Numbered from the stretch's first letter, positions 35,526 through 49,013 are shown. The stretch: 64,000 bases of DNA from Fistulifera solaris (GCA_030295235.1 AP026169.1:558001-622000), one strand, 5' to 3'. Notes: generated from the sequence alone by a model not told the origin. Program-made: numbers and translations.

Positions 35526-38234
35526 ATGAGAAATAAAGATGCCGAAACGAGTGCTACTTATCGAACAGGAGCACCCCGGACACGATATCATGCTTGGAGG
35601 GGTGCTCTGTTGGGAATGATGCTTGTGATGGTGTCGACCGATGGTTTTTTGCATAGACTCAAGTTACGGAGAAAAATACAAAATAATGTAAACATACACG
35701 AGAGATCCAATCTTCTTGTGCCTTTGACAGAGAACAATTGTCAATCGACGACAAGAGGACAAAAAAGTCGGGATGAGACTCTGCCGAATTCACCGCAGCA
35801 ATCGTTTCTTAATGTCACGACACTGGTCCTCAGAAGCGAAGAGGAAGAATACAATCAAAATCGAGACAGTTCAACGCACGAGCTACGTGCTAATATCATT
35901 TCAGCAGAAAAGAAAAAGCTACTCAATAACTCTCTGATACAACAACAGAACGGAGATGTAGACGAGATATACCCATTCTCTGATAGAGGTGACGACACAG
36001 CTCAAACGCAACCAAGAGAAAAGATAGCTGAGAACCAGATCAGTGATACGCCTTCATATCAGGGACGATCCGAATCATTCATTGCACGAGATATGTGGAA
36101 AAGCCGGAATGCAAAAACAGCGGAAGAAGGCATACGGAATGAAAGGACCACCAACCAACTCTCATCAGTTTTGGCCAAAGCCGAAGACAATTTGAATGGA
36201 CCTGGACGGGAATATGCTGCTCGCACGATCACGGGACTCATCAATGCCCTGGCGGAAGAAGTCACAGACCTGAAGGTGGAAGTCAAAACACAGCCGGATT
36301 CTCCGTTCTGGAGAAAGCAAATCGATGCCATCAAGATTGATTTTTCCCGTCTTGCCTTTAAGCCGCTTAAACTGGGAGGTTCTGTTGGAATATCAGATCC
36401 TGCTCAAGCCGCTGCATCCAACTCACTCAGCGTCAACTCATCGGAATTGTTTTCGGATCTGGCTTGTATCGATACAGTGTTTGATCAGATTGATGCCGAT
36501 AAAAGTGGTGCATTGGATAGCGACGAGATTGCTCAAGCATTGAACCTTGCTACCTTGGTCTCGGCCGTTGATCAGGTGAAACATGAGGATGTAATCAAGA
36601 ACTTGGCTTCTGACTTGGTAAAGCTGTACGATTTTAATGGAGACGGAGTTGTGGACCGGCATGAATATCGAAGTCTGGTAGCAGATATGGCAGCCCTCCG
36701 AAAGTCACGCGAAAGCACGACGGAGGAGGATACCAAGTCACAGTCACAATCAAAGGAAGGGTTTGTTGCGACAGCCAAGCGAATCACCGGCGATTTCATT
36801 AGCAGCCTGGTCTGGAGGTTAGGCATAGCGGGGAAAAAAGACGCCCCAATAGACAAAGATAACATCATGTTGAAAGAAACTGTCCGAAATACGGAAAACT
36901 CCACAGACACACAGACCGAAGTTCACCGCGAGGTGACGAGACACTCCCTCAATGATCATAAAGCAATCCGGATGAGAGAGAACGTCTTTCCGTTGGGGGA
37001 AAAAGTAGTCAACTTGACGGATTCTCCGGATATAGAAAAGATCGCCCAAGGCGTAGGATCAATCACTTTATCAGACCTTAAGCTTGATCTACGAAGGCTT
37101 TTCTTTGGCGCGATTCCGTTGCTGAAACGCATCACACCGGGCGGCCCTCTTGTACTGGAACCCTTTACCGTGACCATTGATGGCTCGTTCAGCAGAGAAG
37201 ACATAATGGACTCGTTTCTACTTGATGCAGGATTACGGAGACTGGTTGCCATGGCATTGAGACGGCGTGTTGGATCTTTACGGGATTTTTTAGAAGGTGC
37301 GCTGTTTCATGGACGGTCTTGGAAGTTGAATAGCGAGTCTGGTCCCTCTGTAAACGTACCGAAGCTTACTAATGTAGAGTTCGACAGCGAGAATCGTCTT
37401 ATCATTACTGGCCGGGCAAGAGTTCAGTCGAATAAGGATGCTCCCGTAATTGAGAATGCTTTCAAGGTTCGAACGAAAATCGGTACAAGGAAAGGTGGAA
37501 AAGTAATCCGGTTGGTTGAACCAGAACTAGCTCTGGTACTTGAATGCCCCAAAGCTTTCGAAGAAAAGTGAGTTTTTTTGCATGGATTTGCTGTTCTTAT
37601 CGGGTCTTTCTAACCATTCGCATTCAGTCTGTCAAAACTATGCAGCGCTCTCAATCTTCCACAGCCGCCGCGTCCAAAACCAATTTATTCCTTTTTTCCT
37701 ATCTATTCACCTTTCAAAGTCGACGATAACGATGGCTTTGACTTGGGTGAAGATAACAGCATCAATTCAATCTACATTCAAGACGGGGCTTTGCATTTTC
37801 AACTTGGCGCCGTTTTGCGTCCGGGTCGGTTCCTGGGTAGCCACTACATTGCTTTCACCGTACCTATCCGCACATTTATTGTTACACTGGACAGAGTACG
37901 CGAAGGTATGAGAGCAGCTCGTCAAGCAAAGAATGCAGCGAAGGACGGAAAAGTCGTCAAACGCGAAAAAGTTCGCACCAAGATTGAACAAGCCATTGAC
38001 GCCGAATTGAGCAGGACGAGTGATCGCAACACAACAAAGCGTGGTCAGCCACCCAAAAGCTTTTTTAGTCGATTCGTTGACGGCTACTTACAAGCAGAAC
38101 GAGATTTTTCCGACAAGGCTCGTTTGACTCAAGCCATTGGTGACTTTTTCGGACGTCAGGGTATCGCGTCTCGAAAAACGAGCTTGGCAAATGAAAATTC
38201 CCAAGAAAATAGAAACGAGACAAAGTCCATTTAA
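35526..38234 (+). CDS. DUF2993/LmeA-like protein with inserted EF-hand pair, probable plastid presequence; intron 37568..37627
   Basis: EF-hands DADKSGALDSDE and DFNGDGVVDRHE; DUF2993-like segments KQIDAIKIDF, LVLEPFTV..GSFSREDI, FDLGEDNSINSIYIQDG; signal ending TDG-F. Confidence 0.7.
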
Positions 38235-38294
38235 AACATAATATAAGAATACCTAGAAGATTACACGACTCTTGTACAATGCTATTTCCTATCG

Positions 38295-38829
38295 TCATCT
38301 TTTAACTGCTGCCAGTTTGTCCATTTTGTCTACCAACGAATCCACCGCCTGAGTGAAGAGATCCGACCGAATGGGCATCTCTAATTCATAAAATGGATCC
38401 TTCAATACACATTCAGCGTACAACAAGTAAATTTCCTTTAATACAATATCCATATCCGGTGTCCCTGGAGTAGCCGTGATGACGAATTTGATTCCTGTTC
38501 GCGTTTGTAAGCATTTCAGAACCATTCCAGTCGTGACGATCTCTTCAATACCATCATCTGCACCATCTGAAAAGAAAAGAATTCTAAACGGTAAGTGACG
38601 AAACTTTCCTACTAAACGTATATATTAAATATGTCGTAATCTTACAGGCGTTCTTGTTGTTCGGAAGCTTGATGGGTGAGGCTTCTGCCGCAATGGCATG
38701 CAGGGAATGAAAGGTCGAGCCAATGCGAAGCCATTCATTCGTTCCGATCGTCGGCGCTTGGCTGCTAAGTGGGCGATGATGAATCAAACCACCCGATTTA
38801 TTCACAATGAAGAGGTTTAACAAAACCAT
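38295..38829 (-). CDS. TRAPPC4: TRAPP complex subunit 4 (sybindin/Trs23), one intron about 38568..38646
   Basis: LFIVNKSGGLI, NEWLRIGSTFHSLHAIA, LKCLQTRTGIKFVI, VLKDPFYELEMPIRSDLF. Confidence 0.93.
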
Positions 38830-39323
38830 GTTGATGGCGTTAATTGTTTCAAAGTATGGAATGCCTTATGTGACGGTAAAAGGAGCCTTTACAATGAAAG
38901 AGCGGAAAAACGTGGCTACATGGTACAGTACTATGGTGGCGACGATGCGAGGATCGAGGATACGGGTAGGACGCGATGATGAGGGATGGGGCTGTTTGAT
39001 CGTGACTACAACTCGTGACTAGCGGTACCATGTACAGTTCTCCATATAACAATCATCTGTACACAGGTCGTATAGTTCCTGTGAATATTACGTTTTGCAC
39101 ATAACGGTTGGAGCTTGTTGACACAATAGTAATAAAGTATTTATTGGCCTTGCAGGAACAAATGAATAACAAGTTGCCAAGCGTGAATAGAACGATATTC
39201 GTGTTCATCCGAGCTAAGAAAGTCCAACATCAAGAGATCTAACAACCTTCATTAAATAACTCTCTCATTCATTGTTCCCTTTTTTAACAAGCTTCAAGGC
39301 ACAGTAGAACAAGCGACAACCTC

Positions 39324-40169
39324 ATGGGAGTTCTCTCCAAGTTGTACGTTGCTCTACTCGAGTTTTGTTTAGATTCTTTTTTTTAATGCGAGACCTCATC
39401 GTCGTGGTCCTTCGTTTCACTGAAAACAGTGATGTCTGCACCTACGGCCCTCTTCATATCCTGACAGTTCTTTCGTCGACAGCGGCGACGGCGCTCACCT
39501 ATTATGCAACGTTTGATTGTCACTTTTTGGAAACGACCACCCACATGGAAGCCTTTGTCGACCTGGATGCCGAATTCGGCTTTCGACGCGGCGTGGGTGT
39601 GTGGACATTGGAGGTGGATGAGAATTGCCAGGGTTGGACCTCTGATGAAGAACTGGATGCACCGACGGTTGTGGCTCGTATTTTCACCATGGTGGTGTGC
39701 ATATTCTCTGTATTGCTACTCATCATGTTGATGGTCCCTTGTTGTTCCATGGTCGGTGGAACAGCATATATGCAAAAGCTGGGACAGTTTTTGTTGATCA
39801 TGGGCGTCTTGCATTCGCTTTCCTTTGTACGTATCGATCTTGCCGTGATGCACATTGTTGCGCCCCAAGTTCGACTATCCGTAGTTCTTACCACTGGTCT
39901 TTTAGATGATCCTCAAAGCAGATATATGTACAAGCGTATCCGTATGTGAACTCGATTTTACGGGCTACGTGAGTCTCAGTGCTTCATTAATGTGGGTATT
40001 TGCTTCCTGTTTGGCCTTTCTGGTTAGGGCGAAGCCTGTCAAGAGAAAATCAACACGACGATTAATTCGAACTACATGTATGCCGCTTCGGACTGTTGGA
40101 GGAAGCCTGCAGGGTGCCACTGACGAAATAGCAGATGAACAATTGGAAAATAGTGCAACAGATCTATGA
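39324..40169 (+). CDS. Four-TM claudin/PMP22-like membrane protein, two introns (about 39344..39467 and 39827..39905)
   Basis: GVGVW loop motif with Cys, ARIFTM then three hydrophobic helices; GTACGT donors and AG acceptors. Confidence 0.6.
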
Positions 40170-40396
40170 AAATTCACCCTCCTGCCAAACTACGGCAAGA
40201 AAATTTTGACCATAAAGGGCTTCCCTTTGTACTAATGATAAATGAAGCAATCATTATGCTTAGCAAGTTCTCGCGATTGTAACAGCATAAATTTGGGATG
40301 TTTTTGAATTTGTATTTAAACTTAATTCTGATACCGAACGGTCAGCACCTGATATTGTTTCACAAGACAGAAAATACGTCTATGGCAACAGTCACT

Positions 40397-40837
40397 CTAT
40401 GCGTCTTCCTCATCCTCATCCTCCTCTTCATCTTCTTCCTCATCATCATCTTCACTCGTCTTTAACGATTTCTTAGAGAAGATATCCCAGGATCCACTTC
40501 GAGCATCCGCTTCGGCGGGCGTAGGGTGGTGTACATGTGGCTCAAACGGATCATGCGCGTGTTCCCAGGGGTGTCGGAATCCGAGCACGACCGGTAAATC
40601 CTGTCGTGCTCTATGGAAGATCCACAACCAACAAACAACTGTAAACGCTTCTCCCCAGCGGGTGTGTGTTTCGCTCACCGTCATGTAGGCTCTGTGATTG
40701 CAGTATATATGAGTCGAGAATGAAGTTGTGATTTGTAAGGCCGCTGCATTCACTTACCCGCCGCCCATAGAGCGCGTTTGTCGCGACACATTTCTCTGAA
40801 TTCCTTGTCGTAGAGTGTGAGAGACACGTGAAAACAT
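40397..40837 (-). CDS. NDUFB2: Complex I accessory subunit NDUFB2 (AGGG), one intron
   Basis: Presequence ending RSMGGG, then GTAAGT; exon 2 ETHTRWGEAFTVVCWLWIFHRARQDLPVVLGFRHPWEH; acidic tail. Confidence 0.85.
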
Positions 40838-41448
40838 ATTATTAGTTAAACTGATAAATAATAATGAAGACAAATCGATTTGTTTTGCTCCAATAACAAT
40901 AAAAAATAATAATGGTGTCGGTTTGTTATTATTTTGCTGGCGCTGCTCGATCGCGCTGCTTATTATTATTTACTACGTATGTATTCTGCTGTTTGCGATG
41001 TGTCGCTTGAAGGTTACGCGTTTTGCTCTTAGGTGTTGGAGAGAATTCTATATCGCAATGGTATTTTACGGTACTAAAGTGGTCTTTTTTCCTCTTAGAT
41101 ATCTCCAGGGATGTTTTTCTACGGATGCATGCCTCTTTGAGGTGTGCATGCCTGACGTTACGATCCAACAATGCCATCTATTTACGTGTATGAATAAAAG
41201 AAATATTGTGCTTAATACCAGTCATATATCATATATTCCGGAATACATGCCGTGACTTTACCTAAGGAAAACGAAACTCGATAGTTGTCTCATGACTAAA
41301 AATCCAGTCGTGGTATTGTTTCGCTTACACTTTAAGGTATAGTAAGGAAGGTCGGCAAAATGAATTCCAGCAAGGAAAATATTCTTGGTTTTGCACCGAT
41401 CCATTCGGATCTTTCTCCAAACAGATTCATTAATTACTACTCCGTACC

Positions 41449-42819
41449 ATGAAGAACACAAGAATACTGTATTTCGCGGCGTCTGCGATGCTCGCATGTC
41501 CAAAGGCGGCCGTCTCATTCCTTCTACCTCGTGTTAGTTCGAGTGCTCCGCGCACGATGCCAACCAAGATTCCGAACTACTTTCCGCACACAAAAATTGC
41601 ATCTCCTTCATCATCTTGGTCCTTGAGGATATCTGTGCCGAGCACACTTCATTCAGATCCTTTCTTTTGCTTATCGGCAATTCTGTTACTGAGCACATTC
41701 GGTATATCTTTAGAACGACGAACGGTCGTGGGCAAAGCCCTTTCCGCTCCATTGGCTACCATGGCTCTGGCTTTGTTCGTAGCAAACGTCGGTATAGTAC
41801 CGTTTGAAGCTCCCATTTATTCCGTCATTAACAAATTCATTGTGCCCTTGGCCGTCCCCATGTTGTTGTTTGATTCCGATCTTCGACGTGTCATCCGTGA
41901 CACGGGATCGTTATTGGTGGCCTTTGGCGTCGGAGCGCTGGCGACTGTCGCTGCCACCCTTGTTGCCTTTCCGCTCGTACCCATGCTTTCGTTGGGGGAC
42001 AACAATTGGCGCGTTGCGTGTGCTTTGGCAGCTCGACACATTGGTGGAGCCATTAACTTTGTGGCGGTGGCGGAAACACTGCAAATTGCGGGCTCGGTCG
42101 TATCGGCGGCCATTGCCGCGGACAATGTCGTGGTCGCCCTCTACTTTGCCATGTTGTTCGCGCTCGCCAAGGAAACTGTACCTTTATCAAAGTCAGAGGA
42201 AAGCATAGTCCAAGTGCAAGGTGACTATGAATACAGTATTACGGACAGTTCCAATAGCCCATCCTCGGAAATGGATCTTCCTTCCGTGGCCATGGCTCTT
42301 TCCGTATCAGCTTCACTTGTGACGATCGGTGGCTTGTTTACAAAGCTACTACTTCCCAAAGGCACTTCATCACTCCCACTGACATCCGCATTGACGGTCA
42401 TCGCTGCTACCATTTTTCCACATTTCTTTGCGCGTATTCGGACGGCAGGAACGGCTCTGGGAATTGTGTTTATTCAAATGTTCTTTGCCGTATCGGGGGC
42501 CGCTGGTTCCATTCGTCTAGTGTTTCAACAGGCGCCGGCCTTGTTTGCGTTTTCCGTGGCCCAAGTGGCCGCCCATTTCGGAATCCTCATGGGAATCGGT
42601 CGGGGATTGTTGCGCTTGGACGCGAATGAATTGTACTTGGCATCGAACGCCAATGTAGGAGGACCGACGACGGCAGCCGCCATGGCACAAGCGAAACAAT
42701 GGAAACGGTTGGTGTTGCCGGCTTTACTCACGGGGATTTTGGGCTATGCCATCGCCACCCCCATTGCTCTGATGCTAGGTCCTGTTCTGTGTAGATTACC
42801 GATCATCGGAAAATTCTAG
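41449..42819 (+). CDS. DUF819 (YjcL-like) multi-pass membrane protein, plastid-type presequence
   Basis: VPLAVPMLLFDSDL, HIGGAINFVAVA, AADNV, ASNANVGGPTTAAAMA motifs; signal ending AVS-F. Confidence 0.9.
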   Translation: MKNTRILYFAASAMLACPKAAVSFLLPRVSSSAPRTMPTKIPNYFPHTKIASPSSSWSLRISVPSTLHSDPFFCLSAILLLSTFGISLERRTVVGKALSAPLATMALALFVANVGIVPFEAPIYSVINKFIVPLAVPMLLFDSDLRRVIRDTGSLLVAFGVGALATVAATLVAFPLVPMLSLGDNNWRVACALAARHIGGAINFVAVAETLQIAGSVVSAAIAADNVVVALYFAMLFALAKETVPLSKSEESIVQVQGDYEYSITDSSNSPSSEMDLPSVAMALSVSASLVTIGGLFTKLLLPKGTSSLPLTSALTVIAATIFPHFFARIRTAGTALGIVFIQMFFAVSGAAGSIRLVFQQAPALFAFSVAQVAAHFGILMGIGRGLLRLDANELYLASNANVGGPTTAAAMAQAKQWKRLVLPALLTGILGYAIATPIALMLGPVLCRLPIIGKF

Positions 42820-42876
42820 AGATTTGAACGTATTCTTTGCTATATATACTATGTAACGTTTCAAATTACTATTCAA

Positions 42877-44414
42877 CTAATATTCCGCGGTTTTTTGCGT
42901 AGCACGGCGAAACGCTTCAGCACCAAAGAGAGCAACGGCTCGGCGTCGTGCATATGGGGCGCTGGCTTGAAAGATATCGAAATCAGGATCACCGGAGAGA
43001 GCAATACCTTCCAAAAGCCCGAGTCCTCTGGTAACAAGAGCAAAGAATGGCGGGACGCTAAAAGGGTATCGAAAGAATACTTCATTCAATTCATTCGATA
43101 TTTCTCGCAGCTTCTTCTTCCGTTTTCGCAAATCCGATCCCGATTCCATCACACCTACAGTCAGAATTTTGGCCAGCAGCGGCTTCAGCTCTGTTGTATC
43201 AAAGTCTTGAGGCAAAAATCCTAGTTCTTTAATATCCTCAGAAACCAGAGCGTCGAAATCCCTTGTGATTAAATGAACTATCGTCTTGGTCAATGAGTTC
43301 CTGTCACGAAGATCCACTTCTGCACACAACCCAAAATCAAGCAGACACAATGTCCCGTTGGTAGTCACCAGAAGATTTCCTGGATGAGGATCCGAGTGGA
43401 ATGCGCCAATGTCGAGTAATTGCGTGAGAAACAGTTCGACACCTACTGGAATCAGTTTATTGATGATTTCTTTCGGACAATCCGCCAACTTGACCCCTTC
43501 TATCCATTGGGATGTGATCACTTGTTCTTTTGTTAAGTTTTGATACACTCTTGGAACTACTACAGGAACCTGTCGAATGCTCAATTCATGCCGGAATCGT
43601 ATTTGATTGGCGGCTTCATTTTCGTAGTCCAGTTCCGAGTACGAGCCCTTGGCGAATGATTCGTACAATTTGTAATGAAATGGAGGCTGGTTCGTGAATG
43701 TTGCGGTGAAAAGATCGACCATGACCCCAACTCGATGCAGTAACAACAAGTCTAAACTGAAAGTTCGGCGCACATCGGGCCTTTGCACTTTGATCGCCAC
43801 CTCCTCGCCGTTGGATTTGAGTTTAGCCTTGTAAACTTGGCCCAGACTCGCCGCAGCCACCAATTTCATATCTTCAAATAGTTCGTCCAAATTGCCTAGC
43901 TCGTTCCGAATAACTTCCAGAGCAATTTCATCCGGAATCGGTTGCACGGCATCACATAACTTTTGCAATTCTTTCAACATGGGTGGTGGAACCAAATCCG
44001 GCCGAATCGAAAGTTGTTGACCAGCTTTGACAAATACAGGTCCTAGTATCGTAAGAGATTCTCTTAAACGACTCGCAAATTGGATTTGTTGCTCTTCTGT
44101 CTTTTCTGGATCGGGAAATAGAACCAATTCCCACACGTAACGTCCCATCAGTGGACTCAGTTCCGTCAGAACCTGGGCAAAACGCGTCCAAGTAGTAAAC
44201 GGACGCGCCGCCCAGTATGTATTCAAATGATCCCAGCAGTATTGACGTGGTAACCAAAGTGCCAAATTGTTCTCATTTTTGGGTTGTTGCTTTGGGCGGC
44301 CAACCGTTCGGTACGATATTCGACGGCCGTAGCGAACCCGATGATACTAGTTCCGCCGATGAGAGATGTCGACACAATCGGTCGCTTTCGAAGAATGCTT
44401 CGCATGTAGGTCAT
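42877..44414 (-). CDS. ABC1/UbiB (ADCK) atypical kinase; frameshift near 44270
   Basis: LGPVFVKAGQQLSIRPD, AAASLGQVYKA, VAIKVQRP, ELDYENEA, FHSDPHPGN, LLDFG. Confidence 0.93.
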
Positions 44415-45116
44415 TCTTTATCTCTCTAAATCATTCTGAATAGAAATCTTCAACAGAACGACAAGGTTGTGGAGAAATGAAATGTTGTTCCTTTCTCGGA
44501 GTCAGGAAAAGAATAAAAAAATACGTACTGCGGACACGTGGTCGATGTCCCCTCTCCCAACTGCGATCTTTTCTATCTCGTAAAGAGTAACCGTCCTTGT
44601 AGTTGAGAGAATTTGGCTACATTCCGACTCAAATCGATTTCAGTCCCGGAAGATGATACGTTTATTTATTATTTATTTTTCTTCAACAACTGCATTTTTT
44701 GATCGCATTGTTTGCTCAAACAAAGCTACTTTGGCAAAAAAATGCCGGTTTAGGCGCTGTTCTAGACACTTGGAATTTGCAGAATAGAAAAAACGTGTTT
44801 TCCTCGACTTCAACCGCATTTCCCGCGTCAGCAGCTGTTATGCCCTACAATGCTAAATTAGTTTGTTGGGCCATTGGAAGGGTTCTTAAGCTATCCATCT
44901 TGCTCAGTTCTTGATTGGACGAGGATGAACGTCGAACTCGTCGTATGACCGTCGAATGGTTTTACTTTGTTGAAGAAGTTTTCACGGTACGGTAATCTCA
45001 AGCGACCTTATTTACAAATACATAATACACATTATTTTATAAATGATCGAAATTTGCGGCGTATTGCCACGGTCTATTAGGAGCGCATCTCTAAAGAGTC
45101 AATCGAATGAATATCG

Positions 45117-46476
45117 CTACGTCTGCATCAGTCTTTTTCGCGCCACGGTCTCGGGCACACTACTGGTCTCGGACAGAAATTCATCCAATTCGTTCTGTAT
45201 CTCACCATTGCGCCGTGGTCGTTTGTTCTCGTCGTCATGATAGATACAAGTGTTGAGTCCATTCTTGCTGGTAAAGAGTTCTTCAAGGATAGCACCATCG
45301 GTAGGGTTGATGACGTGTGCTCGTGTAACACCTCGCTCCAATGCCCAAGTCGACCATCCCAGATGGAGCAAGAGCTCAACGGCCGACGAACTTAGATTCT
45401 GACGTGCATTCTCAAAGCTGGCAAAGCCCGTGTTGAATATCTTGACATCATTGTGCTCGACGAGATCGTTGACGAAGCTGAGAGGGACTTCTTGTAACGG
45501 CAAACCATTTTTCTTCTGCAAAAGGATCCTTCGTTTGCCATGTAAACAAGCTTGTGCGCTCCCAAAGAAGCTGCAACGGATGCCGCCAGATGGTAGCCGT
45601 TCACATCCACCAGTTCACCGTAGGGAGTCGTCCCCACCGTCGTCAAAAGCACAATATCATTGTCGTTCATGACTTGCTTGATTCGTTGGTCGTGCACCTC
45701 CGCCGTGTATCCATTGTATTTAAAGTCCTCATCGTGTACCCTGCCGAATCGTTGCGCCGAGTAAAAGTTACCCGAAACAATGTTTCCTTCATTCTGTGAA
45801 CCATTGTGATGTCGCAAGAAACGATTGAGCTTTCGTTCCACTTCCGTTCGAATGAAACCGGCTTCTTCTTGAAATTGGCGCAGCGTGCTGCGGTCGGTGA
45901 TGCGCAGGGCGTTGTGACATTCGTGAGCATTCTTCATAAGATCAAAGTCGCAGTTGTCGACATTGAAGCGACAACCCACCACAATCACCAGCTTTATGCC
46001 CAACAACCAAGAAAGAGCCAGATCTGACAGAATACTATTAATTTCTTTCGAATCCAGCAAATCACCCGGCAAGTGCACGACACAGATCTTGCCGTGATGC
46101 GACGCAATGTATGGGGCCGAGCATTCCATCATCGCCGCGACCGGATAAGCGTTTTCCAAACCATTCAATCGTTGTGCGTTTTTAAACTTCTCCAACTCGG
46201 AAGCTTTCTCTTCTTCCAAGGCTTGTGTGGAGACAATTTCGACCTCCGACGGATCGCGCAGCGGCATGCAATCGATGGTCGTGTTCGGGCGCCCAATTTC
46301 GTATCAAAGACGGAGAAATCTACCGACAGAGGTGTAGAGTCATGGGATTCTTGTCGTTCGTCGTCGGATAACTTATAGCGGGTAGTAGTCGAGATGGAAG
46401 TGTATTTCAGGGGCACCGAAAAGGATTCCGCCAGTTGTATTCCTGCAATCACGAGCAGAGTCAGCCGTAAAATCAT
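45117..46476 (-). CDS. ArgA (N-acetylglutamate synthase)-type amino-acid-kinase domain protein without GNAT domain, plastid-type presequence; frameshifts near 46300 and 45525
   Basis: APYIASHHGKICVVHLPG, LRITD, NIVSGNFYSAQRFG....DFKYNG, GVTRAHVI....GAILEELFT; signal ending AES-F. Confidence 0.8.
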
Positions 46477-47173
46477 CGTCTTGATTCACTGTTTATTTGA
46501 AATTCTAAATTGTTGTCTACAAAAGAGTCTTTCAATGGGAAATGAAATAGTTATTCTTCGTCCCTTTGAGAGAAATGGCTGGATGCCAACCGAAATAATA
46601 TAAAAAAAGTCTGGCACCTCGCGAGAGGTTTCGCCGACACACGTTCGAAAGTGCAGGTGGCTTTTTCGATTTTCGATGCGAAACGACGACCTGAAAAAAA
46701 GATAACGGTCTCCTATCGAAAAGTCGGAGACTCCGATCGAAAGGGAAGGAACGGGACTCAGTTGGACTCTAGCATAAGGTGTACCCCTACAGTTGAGCAG
46801 TATTGACGCAAGATTGCGGATCGCACATCGTCATCAGGAACATCACGACCGTTAGATACAAGGTAAATAGGCCCGGTAGCATGGCGCGAATGACCTAAAA
46901 GGTGATAGTCAATAGTAGGATTGACATAGCATCTCGGACATCGGAGGTATCACAATTTCCGTAAGCACCATTACATCACTGCGACACGCTGTGCAGATCC
47001 TTCGCGACTGATTGAAGAAAACACGAAGAAACTGAGGAGGTCGTCGTCGTCAAACGACAACGACAACGACCATGGTAATAAACCCCTCACCTGACCATTG
47101 GTTCGCAAGATAACGAATTGACTAACTCGTCACTAAATCAATCAGCTTCTGCTTTAACTGTTGTACGAAACAA

Positions 47174-47377
47174 ATGACATCGCCAGCCTACAAAGTACTG
47201 CAGGCACGCGCATTGCAGTGTTCGTTCTCGTCCGTCGTTCATTTAAAACGTACTGGAATGGATCCAAAACAAGCTGCTTTTCTAGAGAGGGTCTTTATTG
47301 GTGCCGTAGGGGGACCGCTGTTTGTTCTTGGTTTCACTGGATTCATAGCAATCAATGTTTCACAAAGCGACAAGTGA
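47174..47377 (+). CDS. Possible small single-TM protein
   Basis: 67-aa ORF with hydrophobic VFIGAVGGPLFVLGFTGFIAI; no family recognised. Confidence 0.35.
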   Translation: MTSPAYKVLQARALQCSFSSVVHLKRTGMDPKQAAFLERVFIGAVGGPLFVLGFTGFIAINVSQSDK

Positions 47378-47769
47378 ACGATCGTTTTTTTTGACCAAGT
47401 TCCGTCGAGACCTTTTCGACGCTAGCGCTGTCACTCGAACTGATGGAATTCCCGGTCTCAAAAAAGTTACAGAAAAAAATCAGTTGAATTCTCTCTTTCC
47501 TTCGTAATCTGCGTGCTGATATGGTGAAATAAAGATAGTCATGAACGCGTAAAGATTGTGTTCGGCAAATCGAATGCGTCATTCTATTGTTGTGATACAG
47601 AACAAACTGTTTTGACAATGCACTCGTGGCTAAAGCACTATAGTCAAATAAATAGTCAAGTTACTCAATAACAATAAAAGTATGCGTGATCTAAAATTTT
47701 ATGAAAGAACCGTGACACTGGACTCCAAAACAGATACGAGTGGGGATCATGGGTTGACAGGACGAGCCG

Positions 47770-49013
47770 TCAGGCAATGAGACCAGTTTGTAACAACCGC
47801 CTGGGAGTTCCGACCAACGACAATAGATAAGTTTTGACTTTTCCGATAGATTGGCTTCTCATGGCTTCCCACACTTGGGCAGGCGTCCAGTCAGGATGGG
47901 CCTGTAAATACATTGCAGCAGCGCCGGCCACATGAGGACAGGCCATACTCGTTCCACTTTTCCTGTCTACCGCGTCATCACTGGTGTGTCCCGCCGATAT
48001 TATCCGCGCCCCAGGTGCAAAAATATCGACACACTTTCCGTAATTCGAAAACAACCCCATCATGTCGTATCGGGCCGTTGCTCCGACACTGATGACACTC
48101 TTTGCCGCGGCTGGCGAATACCGACACGCATTTCGGAAAAAATTACCGGCGGCAACCACTACCACAATACCATCCGCTACTGTCTCTTCCAGTGCCTCAT
48201 TGAATGCTTCGATGTATTCTCCGGCCAAGGACATGTTGATTACCATCGGCGTTGATGGATTGGCCAGCTTTTGGTCTCGTACATATTCTAGTCCTTGCAG
48301 AGCATTCGCTAGGGATCCTTCCCCTGTCGAAGACAAGACTTTCACAGCAATCAGCTCCACGTCCTTGGCCACACCAAAGGAGCGTCCTCCAACAGTCCCT
48401 GCCACATGGGTACCGTGACCAAAACCATCCTCGCAGTCTTCTCCGCGTATGACATTCAAGCCACACGAGGCCCGTCCACCAAAATCTTCGTGCGTCGTGC
48501 GAATCCCCGTATCAAATATGTACACCTGAACTCCAGCGCCGGTTTGTGTATAAGAATACTGATTGTCCAAAAGGGACGCTCCTGATCGATGCGGTCGAGT
48601 CCCCAGGAAGGCGGATTTGACTGGGCCATATTCGCAACCGTTAATTTGATATTCTGCTCAAAAAGTATTGGTGAGATGTATGAGTAAGTAAAACTCTCGT
48701 ATCTAAGGCAACACTTACGGGTACAACTTTGGCTACTGCCGAATCATTCTCCCACTCTTTGGCTACTTCTTCAGTAAGGCCATCCACTGCTAAGCCTTGG
48801 CGTAGCTCCGTCAAAATTTGTGGTGATTGTGATTCTTGCTGTTGCTCTGCTCTTGCAAATAGTCGTTGTTGAGCGGCCACTTTATCAGAGTCTTCGTTGA
48901 AAAGACAATATACTGGCCGGGAATCTGACTTTCGCCACTGCAAATGTTTTTGACAGTTGCAAGGGAGAATAAAAACAGAGACAATTATCATACTTGAAGC
49001 CTTGTCCTAACAT
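47770..49013 (-). CDS. Secreted subtilisin-like serine protease (S8A, proteinase K/aqualysin type) with I9 propeptide; one intron and several frameshifts
   Basis: Triad FDTG / HGTHVAG / SGTSMACP; mature N-terminus QSNPPSWGLDRIDQ; propeptide IPGQYIVF in a shifted frame. Confidence 0.9.

Noticed and set aside
19692..40837. Two complex I accessory subunit genes as a functional cluster
   Set aside because: They are 20 kb apart with unrelated genes between; expected by chance in a gene-dense genome.
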